Source of the DNA: a virus
Length of the DNA stretch: 64,000 nucleotides
IMG/VR virus record: IMGVR_UViG_3300032236_001850
Location: 52,392-116,391 of that record
Reading direction: 5' to 3' (one strand)
Part shown: piece after piece, positions 47,232 to 55,082 of the stretch
Layout: the number at the start of each line of letters is the position of its first letter
How positions within the stretch are numbered: position 1 is the stretch's first letter
Notes under the pieces: generated by a model
Databases searched by the model: none
Seen by the model: the letters and a program-made list of their open reading frames with translations, nothing else
What the model was told of the DNA's origin: nothing
Translations under genes and position numbers: made by a program

Positions 47232-47308
47232 GGTCCTTAAACTTAATTGGCATGGCGCCAAACTGGCTTCTAAACCCAGCGTCTCCGGTTCGAGTCCGGT
47301 AGGGATCA
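47232..47308 (+). tRNA. tRNA (candidate anticodon CUA, amber-reading; assignment unverified)
   Basis: acceptor ggtcctt/agggatc (2 GU); canonical T-arm tccgg-ttcgagt-ccggt with G53-C61; stem ctgg(c)/(c)ccag around loop ttCTAaa with U33 and A37; D-arm not resolved by eye. Confidence 0.4.
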
Positions 47309-47322
47309 CAAAAAACAAAGTC

Positions 47323-47655
47323 ATGAGAGAATTAACATGGACAACATATTACGGTGAGGTCAAAAGATTTTCAGAGATTGATCATCAACATCTATCAAAC
47401 ATTCTTTGGTTCAGAGAGATTCTAACAGGTGCAAATCTTTGTAACTGCGAAGTTCAAAGAGCATTAAATTCAGAATTGAAGAGATTTGGTGGTAAGCGAT
47501 TACCTTGGAAACCATTACCAATTCCACAGGAAATAGAATGGATAAGAGGAGCTGCTTATATAAACCAAAAAGGTGAGATAATAGGAACAATGAAAACACC
47601 ATCACATTATGGTAAAGTTATTGGATCCGTTGCTCATATAGAAAAACTCAACTAG
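47323..47655 (+). CDS. hypothetical protein
   Basis: ORF track; sits between tRNA and RNA island. Confidence 0.45.
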   Translation: MRELTWTTYYGEVKRFSEIDHQHLSNILWFREILTGANLCNCEVQRALNSELKRFGGKRLPWKPLPIPQEIEWIRGAAYINQKGEIIGTMKTPSHYGKVIGSVAHIEKLN

Positions 47656-47807
47656 CGGAGAGTAGGGGTAACCCAAAAATAGCTAAGCTGTGTTAAGCGA
47701 CAGAACTGATAATCTGTTAGAAGCTAGGTTGGATGGCGGAAAGCTTATAATGTGAGAAATCATGTTATAACGTGGCAGACGCTAGATTAGAGAAAGGACG
47801 CGATCGG

Positions 47808-47886
47808 GGTTGGAATACCGATAATGGCGAAAATGGAAGAACCAACGCTTTAATTACCATTGTGGGTTCGAATCCCACTTCAACCA
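47808..47886 (+). ncRNA. tRNA-like element (alternative 5' end at 47727 with class-II D-arm start)
   Basis: acceptor ggttgga/ttcaacc, T-arm gtggg-ttcgaat-cccac; ggttgga-tg-gcg-gaa also at 47727; D/anticodon arms not canonical by eye. Confidence 0.3.
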
Positions 47887-47899
47887 CAAATCAACGATG

Positions 47900-48060
47900 T
47901 TAACTACCTGTGGTATCTACGGGGGCTAGGGAGAAACCTAGAAACTTACTTCGGTAAGTTAAGGAGCAAATGAGTTACAGTTCGGATTTAAACCTTAAAA
48001 AAGCTACTGCTTTAATGATATGTAGATTCAGAATAGCTTGTACTATTTAGGTACCTGAAC
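47900..48060 (+). ncRNA. structured RNA candidate (hairpins incl. UUCG tetraloop)
   Basis: ctagg-gagaaa-cctag hairpin; acttac-ttcg-gtaagt UUCG-tetraloop hairpin; no ORF; GC above surroundings. Confidence 0.25.
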
Positions 48061-48128
48061 CATTCAAAGAAGTTTTAGCAGATGATGATATTTTTTAGCT
48101 GCGGCGGAAATTTTTTGATTCATCAAAC

Positions 48129-48220
48129 AGCCAGGTAGGCACAAGGTCGGTTCGAGTCCGATGGAAGGTCATGGATGACGGGTAGCACCCTGCATGGAGG
48201 TTCGATTCCTTCACTGGCTA
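48129..48220 (+). tRNA. class-II-length tRNA-like gene (92 nt; possible tRNA-Ser, anticodon-arm placement unresolved)
   Basis: acceptor agccagg/actggct (6/7 bp), U8A9, T-arm ggagg-ttcgatt-ccttc; internal hairpin gtcgg-ttCGAgt-ccgat. Confidence 0.35.
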
Positions 48221-48351
48221 CAAAAACATAACAGGATTAAGTTCGACCTTGCCGAGATTAAGCCTCGTATCTTATATTTTTATTACGGTCTTTGCCGACC
48301 CAGAAATATCGGATATCGCTAGCGTGGTAGCGGGATGTTATGTTTTTATTT

Positions 48352-48633
48352 GATCAGATGGCGGAATTGGTAGACGCACCCCAAAAAACAAAGCATCTGA
48401 GGGGCGGTTAAATAAGGAGGACGCAGACTCCGAATAATCCAGAACAGCAAGGACGTAAGATGAAATGACATCTTCAGCCTTGTGTCGGAAGTTGGGAATT
48501 AACCCGTGATACCAGAATAACCGATGTTCCAAGGTAGGTTATTCTTTAGGTGTGAGATGAAGACCGTTAAGGTTGAGTGACACAAGGGATTGACAGGGTC
48601 CAAATCGTACAGGTTCGAATCCTGTTCTGATCA
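48352..48633 (+). tRNA. class-II tRNA candidate whose halves lie ~280 nt apart (possible intron or insertion-containing tRNA)
   Basis: gatcaga-tg-gcg-gaattggtaga-cgc (acceptor, U8G9, 3-bp D-stem, class-II D-loop) at 48352-48377; acagg-ttcgaat-cctgt T-arm + tctgatc acceptor strand (perfect 7-bp complement) + discriminator A at 48609-48633. Confidence 0.4.
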
Positions 48634-48790
48634 CAAAAAAATGGAATATGACATTTGATGAATGGATTTATAAGGTTTGCTTACATATAAGCAACAGGAC
48701 AAGAAAGGAGATTACTGATGTTTATTCATCAATTGATCTAACAGATGCAAAGCTAACATTTCTGGACGGGATTAATCCGGAAGAATATAA

Positions 48791-49051
48791 TTGAGTATGA
48801 TTGAGTACTATGTAGGTATTGATCCTAAAGACAGAGAAAAGTTTGATTCTTATGTTGAATATCTGAATAATGATCAGCAATGCGACCCTAAATGTAAAAT
48901 AGAGGTTCTGCATGAATTTGATGATCCTGACGGATACTATACATTTATGATTCAGGGTCATTGGGATTCATACACTAAATTTTTAGGAGAAACCGGATAC
49001 GGTAGAGAAACGGATGGATTTGTTAAATCAATCAATCACTACGAGGAATAG
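48791..49051 (+). CDS. hypothetical protein
   Basis: ORF track. Confidence 0.4.
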   Translation: MSMIEYYVGIDPKDREKFDSYVEYLNNDQQCDPKCKIEVLHEFDDPDGYYTFMIQGHWDSYTKFLGETGYGRETDGFVKSINHYEE

Positions 49052-49054
49052 ATT

Positions 49055-49381
49055 ATGAACGTTGACTTATTTAGACACTGGATTCCAGATCTAAGACTAA
49101 CTCGGAATAAGAGTGCTTATGTTGCAAAACAGTGTCCAGTTTGTCCGCGTACACCGCATAGTAAATCATTTAGAATAAACACCAAACTTAAAGTTTGGAA
49201 ATGTTATCAGTGTGGCAGAAGTGGTAAATCATTTAACAAAATGATACATTACTTAAAGAAGAGAGACACTAAAAGAAAGGAGTTACAATATTTGAAGAAA
49301 ATAGGTCGTCGTCCAAAGTGTGTTCCTATTGACGTTCATTACGGGTGTGAAACGTACTATGAATCTACGTTACCGTTTTGA
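49055..49381 (+). CDS. zinc-ribbon protein
   Basis: CPVCPRTPHS ... CYQCGRSG CxxC pairs; followed by strong terminator. Confidence 0.45.
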   Translation: MNVDLFRHWIPDLRLTRNKSAYVAKQCPVCPRTPHSKSFRINTKLKVWKCYQCGRSGKSFNKMIHYLKKRDTKRKELQYLKKIGRRPKCVPIDVHYGCETYYESTLPF

Positions 49382-49386
49382 CATAC

Positions 49387-49424
49387 AGCCCGTGAGGACG
49401 TAAAGGCGAATAAGCGGGCTTTTT
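49387..49424 (+). terminator. rho-independent terminator upstream of PTH2 gene
   Basis: agcccg-tgaggacgtaaaggcgaataag-cgggcttttt. Confidence 0.55.
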
Positions 49425-49488
49425 AAAATTTTTACAAAAAGTGAAACAAAAAAGAAAATTGAATATATAATAATAAATTAAGAACACA

Positions 49489-49842
49489 ATGACTTAGATT
49501 AACAAATTTCAAGAAACAAAACTGGTAGTAATCACCAGAGCTGATATTCATCCAGGGTATCAAATTGTCCAGAGCACACATTCGCTCGCAGATTTTGCAC
49601 ACGAACATCCTACAAAGTTCAAAGAATGGAAAGAGACAACAAATTCTATAATTTGTCTCTCCGCAAAATCAGAATCTCATTTAATTAAACTTTACGAAAA
49701 ATTAAGACACGTCACAGAGGCATCATTATTTTTTGAGCCTGATGTTGACGCATATACTTCTGCGTGCTTTTTTGGCACTCCGCAGGTTAGGAAATCATTG
49801 TCCAACCTTTCGTTATCTCTAAAAAATCTACAAACATCATGA
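49489..49842 (+). CDS. PTH2-family peptidyl-tRNA hydrolase; in-frame TAG at codon 3 (49495-49497)
   Basis: hand translation (not in ORF track: no ATG after the TAG): KLVVITRADIHPGYQIVQSTHSLA, KFKEWKETTNSIICLSAKSESHLIKLYEKLRHV, FFEPDVDAYTSACFFGTP collinear with PTH2 (VVRtDL.MGkGK.AAQcsHAA ... W...G..KVvlKv..e.eL..L...A...GL ... DAGrT....g..TvlaIGP). Confidence 0.55.
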
Positions 49843-50249
49843 AAGGAATTCTAAAAGTTAGAAACATTGACTCTATTAAAAAGCTGAGTCTTAAAAGGGC
49901 CATCGGTAAACAGAAAGGCCTATGGTTTAGAATGATGAAGATCAGAACCACAATTCTATTTCTTGAAGAGCACAACATGCTCAAAATTCAACAGCTGTGG
50001 GATATACTGGAAGTTTATCTGAATTACCAAATCGAATATTCTAAATTGCAGTATCTGATCTACATTAGAAAAAGAGGCTCCTGGAGTAATTATTCTACAC
50101 TATCACAGGAAACTATGGAAGAGTATATTAAAAAGATCGCCGTTAATTCCCATAGAATGACCAGCAATCTTCCATACGAAATCTATTACAAGTACAGGGT
50201 ATCTATAGGTGAAATGGAAAGGAAAATAAATGAAAATAAAGGCATTTAA
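49839..50249 (+). CDS. hypothetical protein
   Basis: ORF track; ATGA overlap with PTH2 stop. Confidence 0.4.
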   Translation: MKGILKVRNIDSIKKLSLKRAIGKQKGLWFRMMKIRTTILFLEEHNMLKIQQLWDILEVYLNYQIEYSKLQYLIYIRKRGSWSNYSTLSQETMEEYIKKIAVNSHRMTSNLPYEIYYKYRVSIGEMERKINENKGI

Positions 50250-50359
50250 AGGGACAAAGATTAAAAAGCATACATTTATATAAACACACAAAAACAATTA
50301 AACAACGAGCTTTATTTAGGCTCACACGAACAATAAATTAACAAAAATAAATTAAAATT

Positions 50360-50665
50360 ATGAAAACAAAAGAACAAAACAGACAAGATGTAGTGAACTA
50401 CTTAAGAACAACTTCTAAACATGCATTCTTTAGAGGTGAAAAGGGAATCTTCAAAATCGAGGAGATTGAGGAAGGTGTATTTAATGAGATGGTTGGTGGG
50501 ATCCAATCCAAGACAAACATCAACATCAATTGGTTTGTTGATAATTACGGTAACGATGCAAAGAACGTTATCAGAAAAAGAATATTCTATGATGGACATG
50601 GTTACAAATCCATCAAGATGAAGTATTACAACAAATTGAATGAAACAAAAAAGGTGCTTATTTAA
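50360..50665 (+). CDS. hypothetical protein
   Basis: ORF track. Confidence 0.4.
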   Translation: MKTKEQNRQDVVNYLRTTSKHAFFRGEKGIFKIEEIEEGVFNEMVGGIQSKTNININWFVDNYGNDAKNVIRKRIFYDGHGYKSIKMKYYNKLNETKKVLI

Positions 50666-50675
50666 GCACCTTTTC
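50647..50675. terminator. bidirectional terminator between convergent genes
   Basis: aaaaaaggtgctta-ttt-aagcaccttttc. Confidence 0.55.
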
Positions 50676-51021
50676 TTATTAGTAATTCTCCCATGACCTC
50701 TATGAGACCAACGAGCTTCTGAAATTCAACCTGTTCCAGTTTTATAGATCCAGCTGTTCCTTTAACTAATGCTTTTACCAAAGCTTCCATCTCATCCTTC
50801 ATCTCAGCTGCATCGAATTTACCAGCAGCAGCTTTTTCATAAACCGGAAGTTTAACTCTGAAATGATGGTAGGTTAAAAGCGCATCCCCACCTTTTTCTT
50901 TAGCAGCTTCAGTTATCTTGGTTGCACCAGCTAATCTTGTTTTTGCAAACTCTTCGAAGCTTTCGCCTTTTTTATCTCCTTCGTTTAGAAAATCCGAATA
51001 TAATTTAATGTAGTTGTCCAT
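50662..51021 (-). CDS. hypothetical protein
   Basis: ORF track. Confidence 0.4.
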   Translation of the reverse strand: MDNYIKLYSDFLNEGDKKGESFEEFAKTRLAGATKITEAAKEKGGDALLTYHHFRVKLPVYEKAAAGKFDAAEMKDEMEALVKALVKGTAGSIKLEQVEFQKLVGLIEVMGELLIRKGA

Positions 51022-51866
51022 TATGATAAATTTCTTTTGTCTGTATTTAACGAACCAAGCTTTCCTTGATTTTTAAGTTTAATGTAACGATCTGTAGCAA
51101 ATCTAGGTCTTGCATAAGTCATTATATCTAATCCCTGATTATTTTTAACAATCTCCAATGCTTTCTCTAGTGTTTCAACCATATATCGGCAATCATAAAG
51201 AGCATCGTGTGCACCATTAGGATCAACACCCAATCCTGCGGAAACCTTAGGTAAAGAGGATGTAGGTAACTTACCACTATTAGATCTTCCTATCTTATCC
51301 AATATTGCAGCAGCTTCTGGTTCTGTTTCTGCAAGTTTCTCCAATGTAGGTAAAAGGAAATACCCAAAGAAATCTTTAGTGTCAAATATCTCATGATCCA
51401 ATCCACCAAATTCTTTTCTAACATTTATCATTGGCATATCGAAAGGAGCATTTTGAATAAGTAGAATAACATCACCAAATCCATCTATAAATTCTTTAAG
51501 TTCAGTAAGTACTTCCTGTTCATCGAAGTATTGTCCGCCACTTTCTCCGTATTTATTAAACTTTAGAGCTCCAGATATTCTAGATCCAGGTAATAGTTTT
51601 TCTGCTCTTATGTTTTGATTGAGTTTTATCTTCTTGTTGTAATCTCCTATCTCTTCAAAAGTCAAAGTATCAAAATCAAACTCATAGGCAACAGCAGCTA
51701 CTTGAGTTAATTGTTCTTGTCTTGGACCTCTAAGTCCAGTTGTTTCGGTATCAAGAGCAATAAAAGTGTATTCCTTTCTTTTTTCTAACCAATCTAATAG
51801 TTCTGATTGCGTTAAATTTTTAATGCTTTCATTTAAAAATTGCGAAAATGTTGATAAATTTTTCAT
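51021..51866 (-). CDS. DnaQ-like DEDDh 3'-5' exonuclease
   Basis: Exo I motif FIALDTETTGL; Exo III motif HDALYDCRYM. Confidence 0.65.
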   Translation of the reverse strand: MKNLSTFSQFLNESIKNLTQSELLDWLEKRKEYTFIALDTETTGLRGPRQEQLTQVAAVAYEFDFDTLTFEEIGDYNKKIKLNQNIRAEKLLPGSRISGALKFNKYGESGGQYFDEQEVLTELKEFIDGFGDVILLIQNAPFDMPMINVRKEFGGLDHEIFDTKDFFGYFLLPTLEKLAETEPEAAAILDKIGRSNSGKLPTSSLPKVSAGLGVDPNGAHDALYDCRYMVETLEKALEIVKNNQGLDIMTYARPRFATDRYIKLKNQGKLGSLNTDKRNLS

Positions 51867-51910
51867 TTATTAATTAATTTTTTTATATATCCGAAAAAAA
51901 ATCTCAAAAT

Positions 51911-51950
51911 AATTTTTTTATATCGAAAACATTTCATATATTTGCTTTGT
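51911..51950 (+). promoter_or_regulatory. conserved upstream motif before 51969
   Basis: tttttttatatcgaaaacatttcatatatttgctttg (identical core to 44896 copy). Confidence 0.5.
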
Positions 51951-51968
51951 AATTTAAAATTAATACTT

Positions 51969-52697
51969 ATGGAATTAAAAAGAAATCCTAAAGCTCCTTC
52001 TAATAACAGAAGCTGGTCAACAATGGACGATTCAACATTAATCAAAATGGCAAGAGGTGGTGCTTCGGCTGCAGAGATTGCAAAAATCTTAGGAAGAACT
52101 GTTATGGCGGTAACTACAAGAAAACACAATCTTCATGTTGATGTTCGTTTAACATCATCTAAAGGTAAAGGTGTGGATGCACCAAAATCAGTTTCTGTTA
52201 GAAATAGAAACAAGAAAAAAGAATTGCCAGTTAGAGTTATTTCAAGAACTGCTGCACCACAACCCGTTAATGTTGTTTCAGCGGGAATCACAAAGGTAAC
52301 AAAACCAGTTTGGACTAAAGAGGAAGACGCTAAACTTTTATCTTTGGCTGCTGAGGGTAAATCAGCAAAGGAGATTGGAAAGATTCTAGGAAGAACATCA
52401 GTTGCTGTAACTGTTAGAAAATACGGATTGAATAAATCTCAAGAGTTAACTAACAAAAAAGCAAACGTAAAAGTTGACAACAAAGCCGACGAGAAAAGAT
52501 CTGCAATGTTGGCGAGAATGGAAAAAATGAGAGCTGCTAAGGGTAAAAATAAAAAATTACCAGTAGTGGAAGAAGCTGCTTCGGTTCCAGCTACCAAAAT
52601 GGAAAAAATTGTTTCTTCAGCTGAAAGCGATTTTGATGCTCTTTCAAGAATTGCTAAAAGTACAGGAGCTACAATCACAGTGGTTTTTGGAAAATAG
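51969..52697 (+). CDS. DNA-binding protein with two HTH repeats
   Basis: ORF track (51942); ATG 51969 fits motif spacing; repeats WSTMDDSTLIKMARGGASAAEIAKILGRTVMAVTTRK / WTKEEDAKLLSLAAEGKSAKEIGKILGRTSVAVTVRK. Confidence 0.5.
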   Translation: MELKRNPKAPSNNRSWSTMDDSTLIKMARGGASAAEIAKILGRTVMAVTTRKHNLHVDVRLTSSKGKGVDAPKSVSVRNRNKKKELPVRVISRTAAPQPVNVVSAGITKVTKPVWTKEEDAKLLSLAAEGKSAKEIGKILGRTSVAVTVRKYGLNKSQELTNKKANVKVDNKADEKRSAMLARMEKMRAAKGKNKKLPVVEEAASVPATKMEKIVSSAESDFDALSRIAKSTGATITVVFGK

Positions 52698-52715
52698 TAA
52701 AAAACTAAATCAAAC

Positions 52716-52748
52716 AAAAAAGCCTGAGTTTATGCCCAGGCTTTTTTT
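52716..52748. terminator. bidirectional terminator
   Basis: aaaaaagcctg-agtttatgcc-caggcttttttt. Confidence 0.5.
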
Positions 52749-53448
52749 ATGATTCCATATATCTTACAAACGCACTAAATTTAAGATAATAATAGGCTAT
52801 AAATTCAAGCATGGATTTATCTTTTAATTCTACTAGGTATTCGTCAACCTCAACCTCGGTATAATTAAGATAAACACTTACCCAAAGATCAGGAAATTCA
52901 TCGAAGCTTTCAAGATCAAATTCATTATCAACTGGAGTTAGCACAGAAATTTGTTTTGCAACTTTCTCAGGAGTGTTCATCTTTATCCAGTCCATCACAT
53001 CCTTCTGTGTTTTCTGTAATCCAAATTTAAGTTCAGCCTTTTGCGCTTCAGCTTCAAGCTCGTCACTCATGTAGATTGCCAACATAAAATACTCCCAAAC
53101 TTCAGCATCTGATAAATTGGAAAATTCCCTAGTTGCATCCTGAGTAAATATTTCTAATTCACCTCTTTCTATAAATTGTAATGCGTGAACAAGTTCATGA
53201 GCCATAGTGGGATCATCAACATTTCCTGGTCCAACCTCAATGACTATATTATTAGGTCTGGATTCATGGGAATCGAAGCTAGCTTCAACACCAGGAACAT
53301 TAACTTGTTTCAATTCCAAATGAGGATTTAATCCCTCAACCTTCACCCTATTCCTCTTCCATATGTCGGTGTCACCAATAAGTCTTTCACATTGTGAAAT
53401 AAAATCACCAGCATCTCCAAAACTTTCAAACATTTTAATGTGCATCAT
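52747..53448 (-). CDS. putative HExxH zinc metallopeptidase
   Basis: MAHELVHALQF HExxH motif. Confidence 0.5.
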   Translation of the reverse strand: MMHIKMFESFGDAGDFISQCERLIGDTDIWKRNRVKVEGLNPHLELKQVNVPGVEASFDSHESRPNNIVIEVGPGNVDDPTMAHELVHALQFIERGELEIFTQDATREFSNLSDAEVWEYFMLAIYMSDELEAEAQKAELKFGLQKTQKDVMDWIKMNTPEKVAKQISVLTPVDNEFDLESFDEFPDLWVSVYLNYTEVEVDEYLVELKDKSMLEFIAYYYLKFSAFVRYMES

Positions 53449-53968
53449 TCTTTACTTTCTTTTTAATGGTTTCTATTTTTTTCATTATGTCGCCAACCTT
53501 TTTGCTGTTAATGCCAGCTTCCTGTATCACTATTGGTGTCTTTTCCATTTCATCAGGTTCAGGAGAGAATGCAACATCACCACAGCCTTCGCTGGATGTG
53601 ATATGTGCATGTGTTTTTAGAGGATAAGATTTGACAGTTCTTGCAGTTTTAGATTTACCTATATCATCCTTAAGTTCATCAAGCATTGCTACAAATTCAG
53701 CTTCCCTTTGTGCACTTTCATTTGTGAATTTCCTTTGATTTGTTACTATTTTCATATCGAGGGTATCCACAACCTTTTCTAGGTATGTTATTCTTTTTTC
53801 CTGTCTCTTGGTCTCAGCCACACACTCAGTGTTGCTTGTTGTTAGTGCATCTATTAGTTTTGGACCAAGTGTAACAAGAACTATAGTCATCAGAAGCATC
53901 AGAAGTGCTAATATCCTCTGTGCAAATGTGAATTTATCTAGTATTTCTGCTATTCCTTTGAATTCCAT
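53435..53968 (-). CDS. membrane-anchored hypothetical protein
   Basis: ORF track; N-terminal TM helix. Confidence 0.4.
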   Translation of the reverse strand: MEFKGIAEILDKFTFAQRILALLMLLMTIVLVTLGPKLIDALTTSNTECVAETKRQEKRITYLEKVVDTLDMKIVTNQRKFTNESAQREAEFVAMLDELKDDIGKSKTARTVKSYPLKTHAHITSSEGCGDVAFSPEPDEMEKTPIVIQEAGINSKKVGDIMKKIETIKKKVKNDAH

Positions 53969-54010
53969 GATTTATTTATTTGAATATATATCTGATATAA
54001 AAATTATCAA

Positions 54011-54346
54011 ATGTCAGAACATAGAGTCTATTTCACATGGGCAGGTAACACATTAATATTTGGGGATCAGGATGGCTATAAATGGGAAACCACATATAGA
54101 ATAGTTCAGGACGCAGCTTCCGCTGTTGACATGGCTGGAGGATATGGTTTACATCCTCTTGAGAACATCGAAAAGAAATTACCAGAGGAAGACGTTAGAC
54201 AATTCATAAAGATCGTTTGTGAAGTTAACGGAAAGATATATACAGAGACTAGACACAAAGACATAGCTAGAAAAGTCACTGTTGGTGACATACAAAAAAC
54301 TTTCGATAAGTACAACGTAAAGATCGAGGTAAAAGACAATAAATAA
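54011..54346 (+). CDS. hypothetical protein
   Basis: ORF track. Confidence 0.4.
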   Translation: MSEHRVYFTWAGNTLIFGDQDGYKWETTYRIVQDAASAVDMAGGYGLHPLENIEKKLPEEDVRQFIKIVCEVNGKIYTETRHKDIARKVTVGDIQKTFDKYNVKIEVKDNK

Positions 54347-54349
54347 GAG

Positions 54350-55063
54350 ATGATAACAAGATATTCAGATTTCGTTTTCGAGCCAAAGAAGGCAACAACC
54401 ACTCAAACTAAACCGGTTTTAGAGAGAAGAGAGCCTAAGAAGGATGAGAAACCCATGAATGAGGGTTTGCTTGACGATATAGTTTCATCAACTATGGAAT
54501 TATCTATTCCTGTTGATATAAGAAGAAATTATGGAGAGGACGAAGATGAGGATGAAACTGAAGATTACTACGAGGAGCCAAAAGAGAAAGTTATCACTGA
54601 CTTTGTTGATCCAGCTTATATAAAATCAACCAGACCCGCATTTATACCAGAACCTGAGGAAATAGAAGAGGAACCAGTAAATATGGAACCTCAGATTCCT
54701 ATGGATCCTCTTGCTTACAAAATATTCAGGGACAAAGCCGAATCATTTGAATGTAAGGTTATGATAGAGGGAAGCGATGTTAAAAACACAGCGGTTAGAC
54801 TTATACTGGAATCTGAAGAATGGAACATATTTTTCAAAGGCTCAATAAACGGTGGAATCTGCAGAATACCACTTAAAAAAATATCAATACTCTCTCCCGG
54901 ACTTAAGGGAATAATTAAATTAGAGGTTGTTGTCGATGGTGAGATTTTCTATCCTTGGTACGAAACATTCCAAGTACAAAACAGTAAGAATGTAAAGGTA
55001 GAAGTACTAACACAAAAGCAAAATAACCAGGCACAATCAGGCACTAGAGTTAGAATTGCTTAA
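54350..55063 (+). CDS. hypothetical protein (acidic linker + C-terminal beta-rich domain), possibly fibre-associated
   Basis: ORF track; immediately upstream of fibre gene. Confidence 0.4.
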   Translation: MITRYSDFVFEPKKATTTQTKPVLERREPKKDEKPMNEGLLDDIVSSTMELSIPVDIRRNYGEDEDEDETEDYYEEPKEKVITDFVDPAYIKSTRPAFIPEPEEIEEEPVNMEPQIPMDPLAYKIFRDKAESFECKVMIEGSDVKNTAVRLILESEEWNIFFKGSINGGICRIPLKKISILSPGLKGIIKLEVVVDGEIFYPWYETFQVQNSKNVKVEVLTQKQNNQAQSGTRVRIA

Positions 55064-55082
55064 AAGCAAAAAAATTTAATAA

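Noticed and set aside
47641-47886. tmRNA hypothesis for the region ending in the 47862-47886 T-arm/acceptor (possible tag frame GCG AAA ATG GAA GAA CCA ACG CTT TAA)
   Set aside because: The putative tag does not resemble known tags (no ...ALAA end), there is no recognisable pseudoknot series, and the length is too short. Treated as tRNA-like instead.
48379-48608. Calling the insert in the split class-II tRNA a group I intron
   Set aside because: Conserved group I core elements (P7, Q/R/S) could not be recognised by eye and no U.G P1 was evident at the exon end. Left as an interruption of unknown type pending covariance-model search.
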